A stretch of 64,000 bases of DNA from Candidatus Marinacidobacterales bacterium. Its GTDB lineage: Bacteria; Acidobacteriota; Vicinamibacteria; Marinacidobacterales; DATDRI01. The stretch covers positions 5,344,001 to 5,408,000 of the forward strand of contig CBDCNP010000002.1 in assembly GCA_965219415.1 (NCBI GenBank), given 5' to 3'. The notes under the pieces are model-generated. The model saw only the letters and a program-made list of their open reading frames with translations. It did no database searches and was not told the DNA's origin. This document shows, one piece after another, positions 19,193 to 30,815 of the stretch (position 1 is the first letter of the stretch; every line of letters starts with the position of its first letter). The translations under genes and the position numbers were made by a program.

Positions 19193-22100
19193 TCAAAAGC
19201 TCTTTCGGAACTTCATGTCCACCGCGAGAGCCCCGGTCTCGTCCCGAGAGACAATCCAAGATACCGGTCCCTTGGGTGTGTACTCGATGACGACTACGAT
19301 CGACTCTGTGGTCTCGCCGAACGCAGTCGAGTAATTGATGGCCAAGTCGCGGGAGATCTGCTTCCCGACGCTGACCCGCGCCACTGGATTTGCGAACTGT
19401 CCCACCAGCGACGGATCGACGCTGATGCGATCGAGACCGAATAGCCGCTCCGCTCGCCGGCTCAGCTGCTGGTTGAGCCTCTCCGTCAGAAGGCCGGCCA
19501 CCGTGACGCTGGCAAGTTCTTCCTCTTCGGTGCCCACGGTTCTGAGCTCGGACTCCGTTGCGCCGGCGAGGAGCCTCAGGATCTCTAGAGGTCGGAGCGG
19601 AGGGTCAGAGCTCAGCTCCGGAAAGAACCGGTCGGGTGTTCCGGCCAGGCGAAGCTGAACCCGGTAGCTCCTGACCCGCGCCTCCGCCGCCAGGTCGAAA
19701 AACGGCTTGATCGAGCTGGGATCGACGAACTCGACTTTCCCAGAAAGAATGTTGTACCGCTGTCCGAGGAGAAATACTTCGCCCCGCGCCGCTTCGGCCC
19801 GTCCGAGCAAGGCCGGCCGATCGAATGTCCCGCGAAGCTGGAACTCCGCACCGCCATCGATGGTGGCTAGCGAGTTGCGAACCCTCAAGCTGTCGGGGGC
19901 GACCACGCTCACATCCAGGCGGAGATCGGGAAACGTTTGCTCGGCGGTCGGTTCCACGAGCTTTATGGGGTCACGAGTGCCGAGGATTCCAGCCGCGACG
20001 TCATATTCCCTCGTCCAAGTCGCTTCTTGAACGTCGATCCGTCCGGCGAGGATCTGTGCGCTCGCCGTACCGGTGAGTGATAGGTCCGCATCCACCGTCG
20101 CGGTCAGCCCTTGTGGATAGCGGAGCCGCAATCCGTTGCCGCTTGCCCTCAACTCGAAGGAATCGGGACGTAGGCCGGTAAGCGAAAGGGAGCCGGTCAA
20201 GCTGACCGGCGCTCCCCCGAAGCGAGCTTCCAAACCCTGCAGTCGCACGGTCCGGTTGTCGAAGAGAGCGCGACCTTGAATGTTCCCGAAAGCGTGGGGG
20301 AACTCTCTGAAGCTCAACGCTCCCTGGTCGAGATCGACGTGGCCCGAGATGGACGGATGCTCCCACCCACCTTCGAGACTCGCTGCCACCTGAGCTTCCC
20401 CAGACCACGTCGTCGAAGGGAAGAACGAGTTCAGGACCTGGAGGTTGACCGAGCCGTCGGCATCCAGGTCCATCTCCGTACCATCGAAGCCTATGTTGCC
20501 ACTCACGTTCAAGCGTGTTTGGTCTCCGACCAGCTCCATCGCTTTCAATTCGAGCTGTCCCATCTGAAGCTCTAACTCGATCGGCGCTGACGAATCGAGA
20601 CGGTAGTTGGAGACCACGGCGGTAAGACTGGACAGGCGACCCTCGGCGGAAAATGTCTCGATGGAATCGAGTCGCCCCTCGAAGGATGCCTCGCCGCTCG
20701 AGATCAAACGCAAGGACTCGGGAAACCCTTCCCGTACGGAGCGAAGTACGGGTGCGACGTCGGCTCCGCTCCAACGAGCCCTACCCTCGATGGGAAAACC
20801 AGGTGCGATCCGGGCTTGCACGTCGGTTTCTAACTCGAGCGCGTCCCCGGCAAGTGTCAGCCTGCCTCGTAGAGTCTGGTCACGCAGACGAGCCTCGAGT
20901 CGTCCGCTTCCGAGCTCCGTCTTGGCGAACGCCAAGCCCGAGACAGTCGCTTCCAATTCGATATCCGGCCTGGAAAGTGTGCCAGCCACGGCTAGCGAGC
21001 CATCGAGCTCGCCTGCGAATCTCGAGGCCGCTGGGCCCCGTACATCCAGTCGGTAAAGTTCGGAAAGTACCGAAACGGGTATTCGTCGACCCGTAAGCTC
21101 TCCCTCCACCTCTCGCGTTTCGGTGTGAAGCCCGATGGTCCCCCCGAGCTCGCCCGGACCCCGTGAGATCGAGAGCTCGTCGAGGAACACCTCGCGACCA
21201 CGAAGCCTTATACGGGATGACGCTTGATCGAACGAGTGACCTTCGACGGATCCCGCCTCCAGAGTGGCGATCGCTTCTCCACTGCGCGCGCCGTCCACGG
21301 AGGTAAACTTTCCCTTTCCGGTGAGCCGCCCCTGTAGATCGAGCGGGATGCCCAAAAAGATCTCGAGCGACGAGGCAGGCCAGCCCCGGCTCTCCACCGC
21401 CACGTCGAAATCTCTGGTCGACTCGAGAGAACCCGGGCCGAGTGCAAGCGCGCCACGACCGGTGAGCTCGGCGTCACCCGCTTTGGCATGGAAAGAATCG
21501 AATTGCGCGGTTGCGGCGCTAAGGCTTCCCGCCGCCTCTACGCTTCCCCATTGAATTCCGCGGTAAGTAACGTCGCGACCGCTAAACCTGCCTTTGAACG
21601 TCAACCCAGGAAGACGTCCTTCCAGTCGGCCGTTGGCGCGACCGCTTCCAGTGACTCCGAGTAGCCGCGGCTGATGTTCGGGATTCACGAGAGCACGCAG
21701 TCCTCGCTGCAGTCGGTCGGCGTGGGCGAGATCTTGGGCGACGGCTTCGAAGCTCAAGCTCGCAGGCGCAGTTCGTGGGTACGAGCCCGCGAGGGTCGCG
21801 ACGACGCCGTCGCTCTCGAAGCGACTAGGACCGATTTCCAGCTCCCCGCCTTCCAGGACGCCGCCTAACGAAAAGTCGAGTCCGGGAAGCTCGGACTCGT
21901 CAGACTCACCAGGCTCGTCGGGGGCGACACCTACGAGCTCGAAATCTCCATTGGCAAGAGAAAGATCGGCCAAGGGAAAGTTGACTTTCACACTCCCCGA
22001 CAGCCGAGAGGCAAAACGATCGAGCTCATTGCCTGACGACTCCATGATTTGGGACAAGCGGGCGTCCTCGAACTTCAAGTCGAGCTCGGCGGGCCCGATA

Positions 22101-23176
22101 GCTATCGAAGTTGGTTGTCTGAAATCGAACGACGCCACACCGCCAGCCAAGACCGCCTCGGCGGATTGCAACTCGATGACGTTGCGATCCCAAAGTACGT
22201 TCCCCTTGAAATCGCGGAGAGGTAATCCGGCGAATCGTGCCTCCGGGATCCGCGCGACACCCCGCAAGAGGTGCCAGCCCCGCCCCATCAGGAGAGTGCC
22301 TTCGAAACTTCCCTTCCGATTTCCTCGTCCGCCCTCCAATACGGTGAGACCGAGGAGACGCGTGGCCGCGGGGCCCACCTCCGATTCGACGTCGATCGTG
22401 AGCTCGGCGTGTGGTTCCGTTCCAAGCCGTATGGTCCCTTTGGACACGAGTTCGTAGAAGGATCCGTGGGCGTTGAGCTCCTCTAGCTCCAACTCTCGCC
22501 CGTTGAGCCTGAAGCGAGCGTCGACGGCAGCCTCGATCGGCTGACGTCCCTTGAGTCGAACCGAGCCGCGCTCGTACTCGATCGTGCCCCGAAAGCGACT
22601 CGAACCGTCCCTCTCTAGATTCGCGGCAAGTGCTTCCGCTTCTAGTCGCCACGGGATATTCGTGTTGTTGTAGACGAAGAGTGCGTTTTCGATTCGAATG
22701 CGATCCGCGAGAAGGGCCAATCCACCGGCTTCCGAACTTGCCGGCCCCCCCGGTGTCCGCGGACGCCCGGGCACCTCGATCCGACCGCCTCCATAGTCCT
22801 GCACGCGAAACTTGAGGCCGCTGACTTCCAGAAGGGCAAGATGGAGTTCCCGGTCGAAGACCCCCGTCAGGTTGAGCTGACCACGTACGCTCTCGATCTC
22901 GAGTGGGGTTGGCCCATCCGTTCGGCCGTCGACGCGGACGCCCGCAATGACGAAACTGTAATTAGGTAGATCAACCGAAATACTGTCGATCGAGATCGGG
23001 CTGTCCAGAACCCGGGTCGCCTCGCCCTCGATCCACTTCCGCAGGTAATCCGGGTAATCGAAGAATAGGATGAAAACCGCTAAAACAAAGAGGGTTATCG
23101 CCGCAAGCGAAGCGGCCACACCGATCACCCAACCTAGAACACCGGTTAGGATGCGTTTCCAGCGGTAGCTCTTCAA
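19193..23176 (-). CDS. tamB: Translocation/assembly module TamB (AsmA-like)
   Basis: 1327 aa, N-terminal TM anchor, beta-taco-like repeats, DUF490-like C-terminus (LSSDPPL, VGKQISRDL, FRKSF); adjacent to Omp85. Confidence 0.9.
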   Translation of the reverse strand: MKSYRWKRILTGVLGWVIGVAASLAAITLFVLAVFILFFDYPDYLRKWIEGEATRVLDSPISIDSISVDLPNYSFVIAGVRVDGRTDGPTPLEIESVRGQLNLTGVFDRELHLALLEVSGLKFRVQDYGGGRIEVPGRPRTPGGPASSEAGGLALLADRIRIENALFVYNNTNIPWRLEAEALAANLERDGSSRFRGTIEYERGSVRLKGRQPIEAAVDARFRLNGRELELEELNAHGSFYELVSKGTIRLGTEPHAELTIDVESEVGPAATRLLGLTVLEGGRGNRKGSFEGTLLMGRGWHLLRGVARIPEARFAGLPLRDFKGNVLWDRNVIELQSAEAVLAGGVASFDFRQPTSIAIGPAELDLKFEDARLSQIMESSGNELDRFASRLSGSVKVNFPLADLSLANGDFELVGVAPDEPGESDESELPGLDFSLGGVLEGGELEIGPSRFESDGVVATLAGSYPRTAPASLSFEAVAQDLAHADRLQRGLRALVNPEHQPRLLGVTGSGRANGRLEGRLPGLTFKGRFSGRDVTYRGIQWGSVEAAGSLSAATAQFDSFHAKAGDAELTGRGALALGPGSLESTRDFDVAVESRGWPASSLEIFLGIPLDLQGRLTGKGKFTSVDGARSGEAIATLEAGSVEGHSFDQASSRIRLRGREVFLDELSISRGPGELGGTIGLHTETREVEGELTGRRIPVSVLSELYRLDVRGPAASRFAGELDGSLAVAGTLSRPDIELEATVSGLAFAKTELGSGRLEARLRDQTLRGRLTLAGDALELETDVQARIAPGFPIEGRARWSGADVAPVLRSVREGFPESLRLISSGEASFEGRLDSIETFSAEGRLSSLTAVVSNYRLDSSAPIELELQMGQLELKAMELVGDQTRLNVSGNIGFDGTEMDLDADGSVNLQVLNSFFPSTTWSGEAQVAASLEGGWEHPSISGHVDLDQGALSFREFPHAFGNIQGRALFDNRTVRLQGLEARFGGAPVSLTGSLSLTGLRPDSFELRASGNGLRLRYPQGLTATVDADLSLTGTASAQILAGRIDVQEATWTREYDVAAGILGTRDPIKLVEPTAEQTFPDLRLDVSVVAPDSLRVRNSLATIDGGAEFQLRGTFDRPALLGRAEAARGEVFLLGQRYNILSGKVEFVDPSSIKPFFDLAAEARVRSYRVQLRLAGTPDRFFPELSSDPPLRPLEILRLLAGATESELRTVGTEEEELASVTVAGLLTERLNQQLSRRAERLFGLDRISVDPSLVGQFANPVARVSVGKQISRDLAINYSTAFGETTESIVVVIEYTPKGPVSWIVSRDETGALAVDMKFRKSF

Positions 23177-23296
23177 GGTCTATCTACCTAATATTGTTTC
23201 TGGGATTCCGCAGCACGGATCCCCGACCTGGTGTACCTTTTTGGGAGCTCCGTACTATTGTAGCGCTAATGGGCACGTGGCGCGGCCCGGCGATGG

Positions 23297-23824
23297 CTAT
23301 TTCTCGCCGGCCTTCACCGTAAACAACCGGTCCCGCGACTCGACCACTTGGCCCTCTTTAACGTCGATCGCCACCAGAGTCCCGGCCACTGGACTTCGGA
23401 TCTCGTTCTGCATCTTCATCGCCTCGAATAGGAGCACCCCTTGGTCCGCTCGGACTTGCTCTCCAGAACGAGCTAGCAGCCTAACCACCTTGCCGGGCAT
23501 GGGGGCCTCGACTTGCGCCGACCCCGGCGTCTTCCCACCCCCCGACTGAGCCCCGGCGTTCGCTGCATCTTCTAGCTCGAAGACCCGTCGCTCCCCGTCT
23601 ATCTCAACGGAGATGCGATTGCCATCGATGGTTACTCGGGCTTCATAGGATCGCCCTTCGAGAATGATGGATAGTCCTCCTTCTCGCTGACCGCCCAGAT
23701 CGAAATCCAAGGGTTTACCAGAAAGACTCACCTGCAGCCGGCCTTCGCCTTCGCCGACCTCCATAGGAAAGGATTGTTCGCCTGAGAGCAGCGTCAGTCT
23801 TTTCACGTTCTTCGCATCCTTCAC
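23297..23824 (-). CDS. Biotin carboxyl carrier protein
   Basis: APMPGKVV and EAMKMQNEI biotinylation motif; GTG start overlaps the biotin carboxylase stop. Confidence 0.9.
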   Translation of the reverse strand: MKDAKNVKRLTLLSGEQSFPMEVGEGEGRLQVSLSGKPLDFDLGGQREGGLSIILEGRSYEARVTIDGNRISVEIDGERRVFELEDAANAGAQSGGGKTPGSAQVEAPMPGKVVRLLARSGEQVRADQGVLLFEAMKMQNEIRSPVAGTLVAIDVKEGQVVESRDRLFTVKAGEK

Positions 23825-25359
23825 AGGCGGTCCCCATGCTGCTCGCGAACACCGGCTCGCTTCCAAACCGACGGCGCCGTCGTGCGCCGTCGGGGTCGGT
23901 CGGCCGAACGATAAGCGGCGACCGCGGCGGCGATGAGCGCGGCTCGGTCGCGCTCGGCATTGATCGAGACGGGGAGCGAGACAGGGTTGGAAACCGACCC
24001 GGCGCGGCGCGTCGATCCCTTCCAATTCCGATCGACGTAACCGACATCCATCTCCCCGGCGAGGAACTGCGGATCCTGGAGTACTTTCTGAAAGAATGGC
24101 AGAGTCGTCGAGATCCCCTCCACGCGATACTCCTCGAGCGCGCGCTTCGCCCGCGCGAGACAGTCTTGGCGGTCTCGCCCCCAGACGATGAGCTTCGCAA
24201 TCAATGGATCGTAATGCGACTGAACTTCCCATCCCGAAAAGACGCCGCTATCGTCCCGGACGCCCGGCCCACCCGCCGGCCTCAGAAAGTCGATCCTGCC
24301 CGGCGACGGTTGAAAATCCTGATACGGATCTTCCGCGGTAATCCGGAATTCCATCGCCCAACCCTGCGGACGTATATCGGCTTGCGTGAAAGGAAGAGCT
24401 TCTCCGGCCGCCAGGTCGATCTGCAGCCTAACCAGGTCCAGCCCGACCACCATTTCGGTAACCGGATGCTCCACCTGGAGGCGCGCATTCATTTCGAGGA
24501 AATAAAAATCACCACTGCCATCCAATAGGAACTCGACCGTGCCGGCGTTTCGGTAGTCGGCCATCCTTGCCAACGCCACCGCCGCCTCACCCATGCTTTG
24601 CCGGAGCTCGGAGCTCAGACGCGGCGACGGGCACTCCTCGATGAGTTTCTGATGCCTTCTTTGAATCGAGCATTCACGTTCGAGTAGGTGAACGACCGAT
24701 CCCGCATCGTCGGCCACGATCTGAAACTCGATGTGACGAGGATGATGAAGATAGCGTTCGAGATAAACCGAAGGATTGCCGAAACTCGAGCCCGCCTCCG
24801 AGCGCGCTTGACGGAGCGCAGTTTCTAGCTCGGACTCTGCGTTCACGATGCGCATCCCCTTTCCGCCGCCGCCAGCGACCGCCTTGACGAGAAGCGGAAA
24901 CCCGATCCGTTTCGCTTCGCGGAGCGCATCGGCGTCACTCGACATCGGCTCACTTCCTGGAACGATGGGAACTCCGGCCTTTCCGGCAACCCGGCGAGCC
25001 TCGGCCTTGTCGCCCATGAGGGCAACCGCTTCGGGAGTCGGTCCTATGAAAACCAACCCCACTTCCTGACACCGCTTGGCGAACTCCGCGTTCTCGGCCA
25101 AAAAACCGTAACCGGGATGCAACGAGTCCGCACCTGTTTCCCGGGCAGCCTGGAGCACCGCATCGATGTCTAGATAACTCTCGGTCGACGGTGCCGGCCC
25201 GATTCGCCGTGCTTCGTCGGCGTAGCGCACATGCAAGCTGTCGCGATCCGCATCCGAATAGACCGCCACCGTTGGTATCCCGAGTTCGCGACAAGTCCTC
25301 AGAATACGAACCGCGATCTCGCCTCGATTGGCGACAAGTAGCTTGCGAAAGGGTGGCAT
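23821..25359 (-). CDS. accC: Biotin carboxylase subunit of acyl-CoA carboxylase (AccC/PccA-like)
   Basis: ANRGEIA, HPGYGFLAEN, GGGGKGMR, RECSIQRRHQK, EMNARLQVEH. Confidence 0.95.
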   Translation of the reverse strand: MPPFRKLLVANRGEIAVRILRTCRELGIPTVAVYSDADRDSLHVRYADEARRIGPAPSTESYLDIDAVLQAARETGADSLHPGYGFLAENAEFAKRCQEVGLVFIGPTPEAVALMGDKAEARRVAGKAGVPIVPGSEPMSSDADALREAKRIGFPLLVKAVAGGGGKGMRIVNAESELETALRQARSEAGSSFGNPSVYLERYLHHPRHIEFQIVADDAGSVVHLLERECSIQRRHQKLIEECPSPRLSSELRQSMGEAAVALARMADYRNAGTVEFLLDGSGDFYFLEMNARLQVEHPVTEMVVGLDLVRLQIDLAAGEALPFTQADIRPQGWAMEFRITAEDPYQDFQPSPGRIDFLRPAGGPGVRDDSGVFSGWEVQSHYDPLIAKLIVWGRDRQDCLARAKRALEEYRVEGISTTLPFFQKVLQDPQFLAGEMDVGYVDRNWKGSTRRAGSVSNPVSLPVSINAERDRAALIAAAVAAYRSADRPRRRTTAPSVWKRAGVREQHGDRL

Positions 25360-25376
25360 CTTGGGCCTCGATGAGA

Positions 25377-26927
25377 TTAGAGCGGGATGTTGCCGTGCTT
25401 CTTCGGTGGGTTCCGGTCTCTCTTGGTGGCGAGGGCCGATAAGGCCGTGATTAGCTTTCGGCGAGTCTTCCGAGGCTCGACGACCTCATCGATGTATCCC
25501 CGTTCGGCGGCCACATAGGGATTGGCCAGTTTGGCTCGAAACTCCGCCACTTTTTCCTTGCGTAGGGTCTCAGGGTCCGATGACGACGCGAGCTCTTTGC
25601 GATAAAGGATGTTCACCGCCCCTTCGGGACCCATGACGGCGATCTCTGCCGTCGGATACGCATAGTTGACGTCGGTGCGGATGTGCTTGCTGGCCATCAC
25701 GCAATAGGCCCCGCCGTAGGCCTTCCGTGTGACCACCGTTAGTTTGGGAACCGTGGCCTCCGCATAGGCAAACAAGAGCTTGGCGCCATGCCGAATGATG
25801 CCGCCCCATTCCTGATCGGTGCCAGGGAGGAACCCAGGCACGTCCTCGAAGGTCACCAAAGGGATGTTGAAGGCATCGCAGAAGCGAACGAAACGAGCCC
25901 CTTTGACCGAGGCGTTGATGTTCAGCACGCCAGCGAGCACGGCGGGCTGGTTGGCGACAATGCCTACCGATCTTCCTCCCAATCGGGCAAAACCGACCAC
26001 GATGTTCCGAGCGAAATGCTCGTGTATTTCGAAGAACTCACCATCATCGACCACCGAGCGAATAAGCTCCTTCATGTCGTAGGGACGATCGGGTTCTTCG
26101 GGGACCAGGCTGTCGATCGCTTCATCTTCGCGATCCAGTGGATCGGTGCATTCCAGAACGGGCGCTTCGTCCAAGTTGTTGCTCGGTAGGAACGATAGGA
26201 GCCTTCGAATCCTCTGCAGGCAGTCCCCATCGTCCTCGGCCATGACGTGGGCCACCCCGGAGACTTCGTTGTGCGTCGCCGCTCCACCCAATTTCTCCAT
26301 GCTCACCTGTTCGTGGGTCACAGTCTTGATGACATCCGGACCGGTGACGAACATGAAACTCGTGTCCCGCACCATGAAAGTGAAATCGGTAATGGCCGGC
26401 GAGTAGACCGCCCCCCCCGCACAAGGCCCCATAATGGCGGAAACTTGTGGAACGACTCCGGACGCGAGAGTGTTGCGGAGAAAGATATCCGCGTAGCCCG
26501 CGAGAGAGACGACCCCTTCTTGGATTCGAGCGCCGCCGGAATCATTGAGTCCCAAGATGGGTGCACCGATCTTCATGGCCAGATCCATCACCTTGCAGAT
26601 CTTCTCGGCATACGCCTCGGAGAGAGATCCGCCGAAGACGGTAAAGTCCTGGGCGAAGAGATAAACGAGACGATCTTCGACGCGCCCGTACCCGGTAATC
26701 ACGCCGTCGCCGGGGATAACGGTCTCATCCATCCCGAAATCCCTAGCCCGATGAGTCACCAACCGATCGAGTTCCTCGAAGGTTCCGGGATCGACGAGGG
26801 CTTCTATTCTCTCTCTTGCGGTGAGCTTCCCAGCCGCGTGCTGTCGCTCGATGCGCTTGGCACCTCCGGCTTCGCTGGCTCGACGATTTCGCTCGTTGAG
26901 CTCGGCCAACCGGTCGCCTGGGGGCAT
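25377..26927 (-). CDS. pccB: Propionyl/methylmalonyl-CoA carboxyltransferase beta subunit
   Basis: [46 protein letters not shown]. Confidence 0.95.
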   Translation of the reverse strand: MPPGDRLAELNERNRRASEAGGAKRIERQHAAGKLTARERIEALVDPGTFEELDRLVTHRARDFGMDETVIPGDGVITGYGRVEDRLVYLFAQDFTVFGGSLSEAYAEKICKVMDLAMKIGAPILGLNDSGGARIQEGVVSLAGYADIFLRNTLASGVVPQVSAIMGPCAGGAVYSPAITDFTFMVRDTSFMFVTGPDVIKTVTHEQVSMEKLGGAATHNEVSGVAHVMAEDDGDCLQRIRRLLSFLPSNNLDEAPVLECTDPLDREDEAIDSLVPEEPDRPYDMKELIRSVVDDGEFFEIHEHFARNIVVGFARLGGRSVGIVANQPAVLAGVLNINASVKGARFVRFCDAFNIPLVTFEDVPGFLPGTDQEWGGIIRHGAKLLFAYAEATVPKLTVVTRKAYGGAYCVMASKHIRTDVNYAYPTAEIAVMGPEGAVNILYRKELASSSDPETLRKEKVAEFRAKLANPYVAAERGYIDEVVEPRKTRRKLITALSALATKRDRNPPKKHGNIPL

Positions 26928-26930
26928 GAT

Positions 26931-27575
26931 CTACTTCTGAGCCTTTTCCCAATCCTTGAGAAATCGTTCGATCCCGATGTCGGTGAGTGGGTGTTTGAAC
27001 AGAGAATGGAGCACCTTGGCCGGCATGGTCGCGATATGGGCCCCTACCCGAGCCGCCTCGATGACATGCAAAGGGTTGCGAATGCTGGCCACGAGTACCT
27101 GAGTCTCGAATTGGTAGTTTCGGAACACCTGGATGATGTCTCGAATGAGAGCCATCCCCTCGCTACCGATATCGTCCAGCCGGCCCACGAACGGGCTTAC
27201 GAAATAGGCTCCGGCCTTGGCAGCGAAGATGGCTTGCGGCACGGAAAAACACAAGGTGACGTTGCAGCGGATCCCGTCGTCCTTGAGCCTGCGGACCGCC
27301 TTGAGCCCTTCCGGTGTTAGCGGGCATTTCACGACGATGTTCTCGGCGATGGTGGACAGCTCTTTCCCCTCGCGAACCATACCTTGATGACCTTCCGACA
27401 CCACCTCGGCGGAAACCGGGCCGGGGACGATTTGGCAGATTCGCTCGAGCACCTTCCGATAAGGAGCCGATTCCTTGGATAGAAGAGTCGGGTTGGTGGT
27501 TACTCCGTCGAGGAGACCGAGCTCCGCGGCCTCCCGAATCTCCTCTACGTTGGCTGTGTCGAGAAAGATCTTCAT
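26931..27575 (-). CDS. fsa: Fructose-6-phosphate aldolase / short transaldolase
   Basis: [31 protein letters not shown]. Confidence 0.95.
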   Translation of the reverse strand: MKIFLDTANVEEIREAAELGLLDGVTTNPTLLSKESAPYRKVLERICQIVPGPVSAEVVSEGHQGMVREGKELSTIAENIVVKCPLTPEGLKAVRRLKDDGIRCNVTLCFSVPQAIFAAKAGAYFVSPFVGRLDDIGSEGMALIRDIIQVFRNYQFETQVLVASIRNPLHVIEAARVGAHIATMPAKVLHSLFKHPLTDIGIERFLKDWEKAQK

Positions 27576-27699
27576 CTGACCTCCTCCACCTTACCGGCAT
27601 GACCCGCCGGCGAGTGGGTGGCTCATTATACCCGGGGCCCCCAAAAAAAACGCCTTGGAAGTTAAGGTGGATCGGGAAGCCGGCGATGAAACGCGGGGC

Positions 27700-29388
27700 C
27701 TATTTGAATGCCTGAGCCGGTATGGGGGAGCTCCGTTCGCTTTCGTTGGGAGACTCGGCGGAATCTACCGCGCTCACCGCGTAAAAGTAGTTCTCACCTG
27801 GACTCACATCGCTGTCGGTAAAGCTCGGCAACGGAATCGGTTCCTTTGTCAGAAGCTCGAAGGGTCCTCTTCTCTTGTCGGCCCGATAAACGAAGAATCC
27901 TTTTAGATCCCGCGCGTCGGACTCACTCCAGGAAATCATGATTCCGTCCGGGGTCTCGAGGGCGACCAGTCGGGATGGGGCGGCGGGCGGGAATGTGTCG
28001 ATGGGCTTCAGACAGATTTCGTCGGCGCTCTCGCTTTCGATGAGGGATGGAGGTTCGGGTGGCAAAAGCTGTTTGGCCTGCTCGAGATTCGTCCCGGCCG
28101 CACCCTTCAACCCTCCCGCAACATTACTGGGAGCATTCTCAATCTTGCTAGCCGCGGTTTCCATTTGTTCATCCGATGGCATGGGGAGCTCGGAACCTTC
28201 GGTCCCGTCAACAAGAGCCTCGGGCGGAGGTTCGGGCACAATCGGAATCGCCACTCCTCGCACGACGTAACACCAGTCGCTGCCAAATTTCACGTTTCGA
28301 TCTTCGAACGCCGACTCTACCAGAGGTTTTTTGTTCACCGGCGCGGTCGATGGGTAAGTTCCGTCCGCAGGTTTCCGGTACACATTGAAGCCGAGCTCGA
28401 AGGTCACGCCTTCTTCTTCCGAAGCGTCCGCGGCCTCCCGCCATTCCGCCAAACCCAGTGGTTCCTCCCAGGCGATCCTCACCAGGCCGTCGTACGCCGT
28501 AGCCGAAAGCCCCGACGGCGCTGGAAGCGGTGGCGCAGGCTCGATCGAGGTTGGACGGGAATGGGCGCCCTTCAACCCCTTCGGATTGACGTACCGAACC
28601 GCGTACTCGAGCTGCTTACCCTGCCACCGAGGCTTCCACTCATCCTCGTAAGACAGCGGGCTCCCGGACGCGTCCACCTCGAGCTTAGCGATGATCCTCG
28701 CTTCCGCACCGAATCCTTTGGGCTTGAGTGACAGTTGGATTGCTGACGGGGGAGGGGTCATGACCAAGGGGCCATCGCCCTCTGCCACTCCTTCCGTTTG
28801 CCCTGCGGTTGCCCCTTCACGGGGCGAGTCCGTGGCCTCTTGGCCAGTTTCCTGAGACGGGCTCGAGGTCACCGCAGCCGGTTCGGACGGTTCCCCTGCA
28901 GGAGCCGTCGGAGTGTTCGGGTTGACCTCCGGCTGTGCCGTGTCGTCCATGCTAGGCGTGGTAGGTACGGTCGTTGCGGCCGGAGTTGTGCCGGCCACTT
29001 CGGGCTCGCCCGCGGTCACCGTGCCCGGGGTCGTGCTCCCCTCCGCTTCGGTGACACCAAGGCTTCCCTCGGTGTCCAAGATCACCGGGGTCTCCGAGGC
29101 TTCCAGCACCGGTGGCGGCGGCTCGACGATCCGTCGAAGCACTTCGACCTGCTCCAGTCGAAGCTCGGAGCCATCGGTCGTCTTGGTCGGAGGCTCCCAT
29201 TCGATAACGATGACCGGACCACGTTGAGAGACCCGAGCCTTGGGTACCGGAGAAGGAATGTGTTGAAACGGAGGCAGCGGATCGCCCCTCTTCCCACAAG
29301 CAGTTGAGCTCGCGGTCAGCAGTAGAAGGGCCAGGAGTGCAAGTGAAGCCGCGCGGGAGCCCAGGTGCGATAGCCTAACGCCAGGCAT
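27700..29388 (-). CDS. Lipoprotein with fibronectin type III domains and low-complexity Pro/Thr/Glu linkers
   Basis: Lipobox STA|CGKRGDPLPP; FN3 motifs DTFPPAAP, YFYAVSAVD...NESERS. Confidence 0.85.
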   Translation of the reverse strand: MPGVRLSHLGSRAASLALLALLLLTASSTACGKRGDPLPPFQHIPSPVPKARVSQRGPVIVIEWEPPTKTTDGSELRLEQVEVLRRIVEPPPPVLEASETPVILDTEGSLGVTEAEGSTTPGTVTAGEPEVAGTTPAATTVPTTPSMDDTAQPEVNPNTPTAPAGEPSEPAAVTSSPSQETGQEATDSPREGATAGQTEGVAEGDGPLVMTPPPSAIQLSLKPKGFGAEARIIAKLEVDASGSPLSYEDEWKPRWQGKQLEYAVRYVNPKGLKGAHSRPTSIEPAPPLPAPSGLSATAYDGLVRIAWEEPLGLAEWREAADASEEEGVTFELGFNVYRKPADGTYPSTAPVNKKPLVESAFEDRNVKFGSDWCYVVRGVAIPIVPEPPPEALVDGTEGSELPMPSDEQMETAASKIENAPSNVAGGLKGAAGTNLEQAKQLLPPEPPSLIESESADEICLKPIDTFPPAAPSRLVALETPDGIMISWSESDARDLKGFFVYRADKRRGPFELLTKEPIPLPSFTDSDVSPGENYFYAVSAVDSAESPNESERSSPIPAQAFK

Positions 29389-29392
29389 CCGG

Positions 29393-30793
29393 TTAGAGAA
29401 TATAACGGGAGAGATCGTCGTCCTTGGCCACCTCGTCGACCATCTTACCGACGTAGGCGGCGTCGATGACCCATTTCTTCTGCGTCAAGTCGGGCGCTTC
29501 GAAGGAAAGCTCGTCGAGGACTCTTTCCATGATCGTATGGAGGCGCCGCGCGCCGATGTTCTCGGTAGCCTCGTTGACTCGCATCGAATAAGAAGCCACT
29601 GAATCGACGGCGTCTTCGGTGAAGTCCAAATCGATGCCTTCGGTAGCCAGTAACGCCTTGTATTGTTTGAGCAGTGCGTTCTTCGGCTCCTTCAAGATCC
29701 GCACGAAATCCTCCTTCGTCAAAGACGAAAGCTCCACGCGGATCGGAAACCGTCCCTGCAGCTCGGGGATGAGATCGGAAGGTTTGGAAACGTGAAAAGC
29801 CCCCGCCGCAATGAACAGGAAGTGGTCGGTTCGCACCATTCCATATTTCGTCGAGACCGAGGTCCCTTCCACGATCGGCAGTAGATCACGCTGGACGCCC
29901 TCGCGAGAAACATCCGGACCGTGGCCACCTTCTCTCCCCGCGATTTTGTCCAGCTCGTCCACGAAGATAATTCCCGTCTGCTCGGTACGCTCCACAGCAA
30001 GACGCGCCACTTGCTCCATGTCGACCAGCTTCTGTTCCTCCTCCTGGATCAAGTACTCGAGTGCCTCCGGCACCTTCACCTTCCGCTTCCGCGTCTTGCC
30101 ACCGAAAAGGCCGGGGAGCATGTCTTTCAAGTTGATGTCCATCTCCTCGACCCCACCACTGGTGATGATCTCGAAGGAGGGGAACGCCCGCTCCCGGACG
30201 TCAAGCTCTACGGCGCGGTTATCCAACTTTCCACCGCGCAGCTGAGTCCTTAGCTTCGCGCGAGTGGCCTGAAAATCGTTTTGGGCGGCGTGTTGTTGCG
30301 CCGCCTGGTCCGGATCGGTGCGGAAAACCGGTTTCAGAGGAGGCAGCAACAGATCTAACAAGCGGTCCTCGGCGTTTTCTTCCGCTTTATCCTGGACTTC
30401 GTAGATCTTCTCCTCCCGGACCATATCTACCGCGATCTCGACCAAATCTCGCACCATCGATTCCACGTCCCGGCCCACGTAACCGACTTCGGTGAACTTC
30501 GAAGCCTCGACTTTGGTGAACGGCGAGCCCGACAGACGAGCCAGTCGTCGTGCGATCTCGGTCTTGCCGACGCCGGTGGGTCCGATCATGATGATGTTCT
30601 TCGGTGCCACTTCGTCCGCCATCTCGGGCGGGAGCTTCAACCGACGCATTCGATTGCGGAGCGCGATCGCCACCGCGCGCTTTGCGGCGTGCTGGCCGAT
30701 CACGTACTTGTCCAGCTCCTCTACGATCTGGCGTGGGGTGAGCTGATCCAGCGAATTGCTAGTGCCGGCGGTTTCGGGCAGGAAAAAGACCAT
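29393..30793 (-). CDS. hslU: ATP-dependent protease ATPase subunit HslU
   Basis: [50 protein letters not shown]. Confidence 0.98.
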   Translation of the reverse strand: MVFFLPETAGTSNSLDQLTPRQIVEELDKYVIGQHAAKRAVAIALRNRMRRLKLPPEMADEVAPKNIIMIGPTGVGKTEIARRLARLSGSPFTKVEASKFTEVGYVGRDVESMVRDLVEIAVDMVREEKIYEVQDKAEENAEDRLLDLLLPPLKPVFRTDPDQAAQQHAAQNDFQATRAKLRTQLRGGKLDNRAVELDVRERAFPSFEIITSGGVEEMDINLKDMLPGLFGGKTRKRKVKVPEALEYLIQEEEQKLVDMEQVARLAVERTEQTGIIFVDELDKIAGREGGHGPDVSREGVQRDLLPIVEGTSVSTKYGMVRTDHFLFIAAGAFHVSKPSDLIPELQGRFPIRVELSSLTKEDFVRILKEPKNALLKQYKALLATEGIDLDFTEDAVDSVASYSMRVNEATENIGARRLHTIMERVLDELSFEAPDLTQKKWVIDAAYVGKMVDEVAKDDDLSRYIL

Positions 30794-30815
30794 CGTTTAC
30801 CGTGCCGTCCTTCTA

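Noticed and set aside
23825-24232. N-terminal extension of the biotin carrier ORF
   Set aside because: It overlaps accC out of frame; the GTG at 23824 gives a normal-sized protein.
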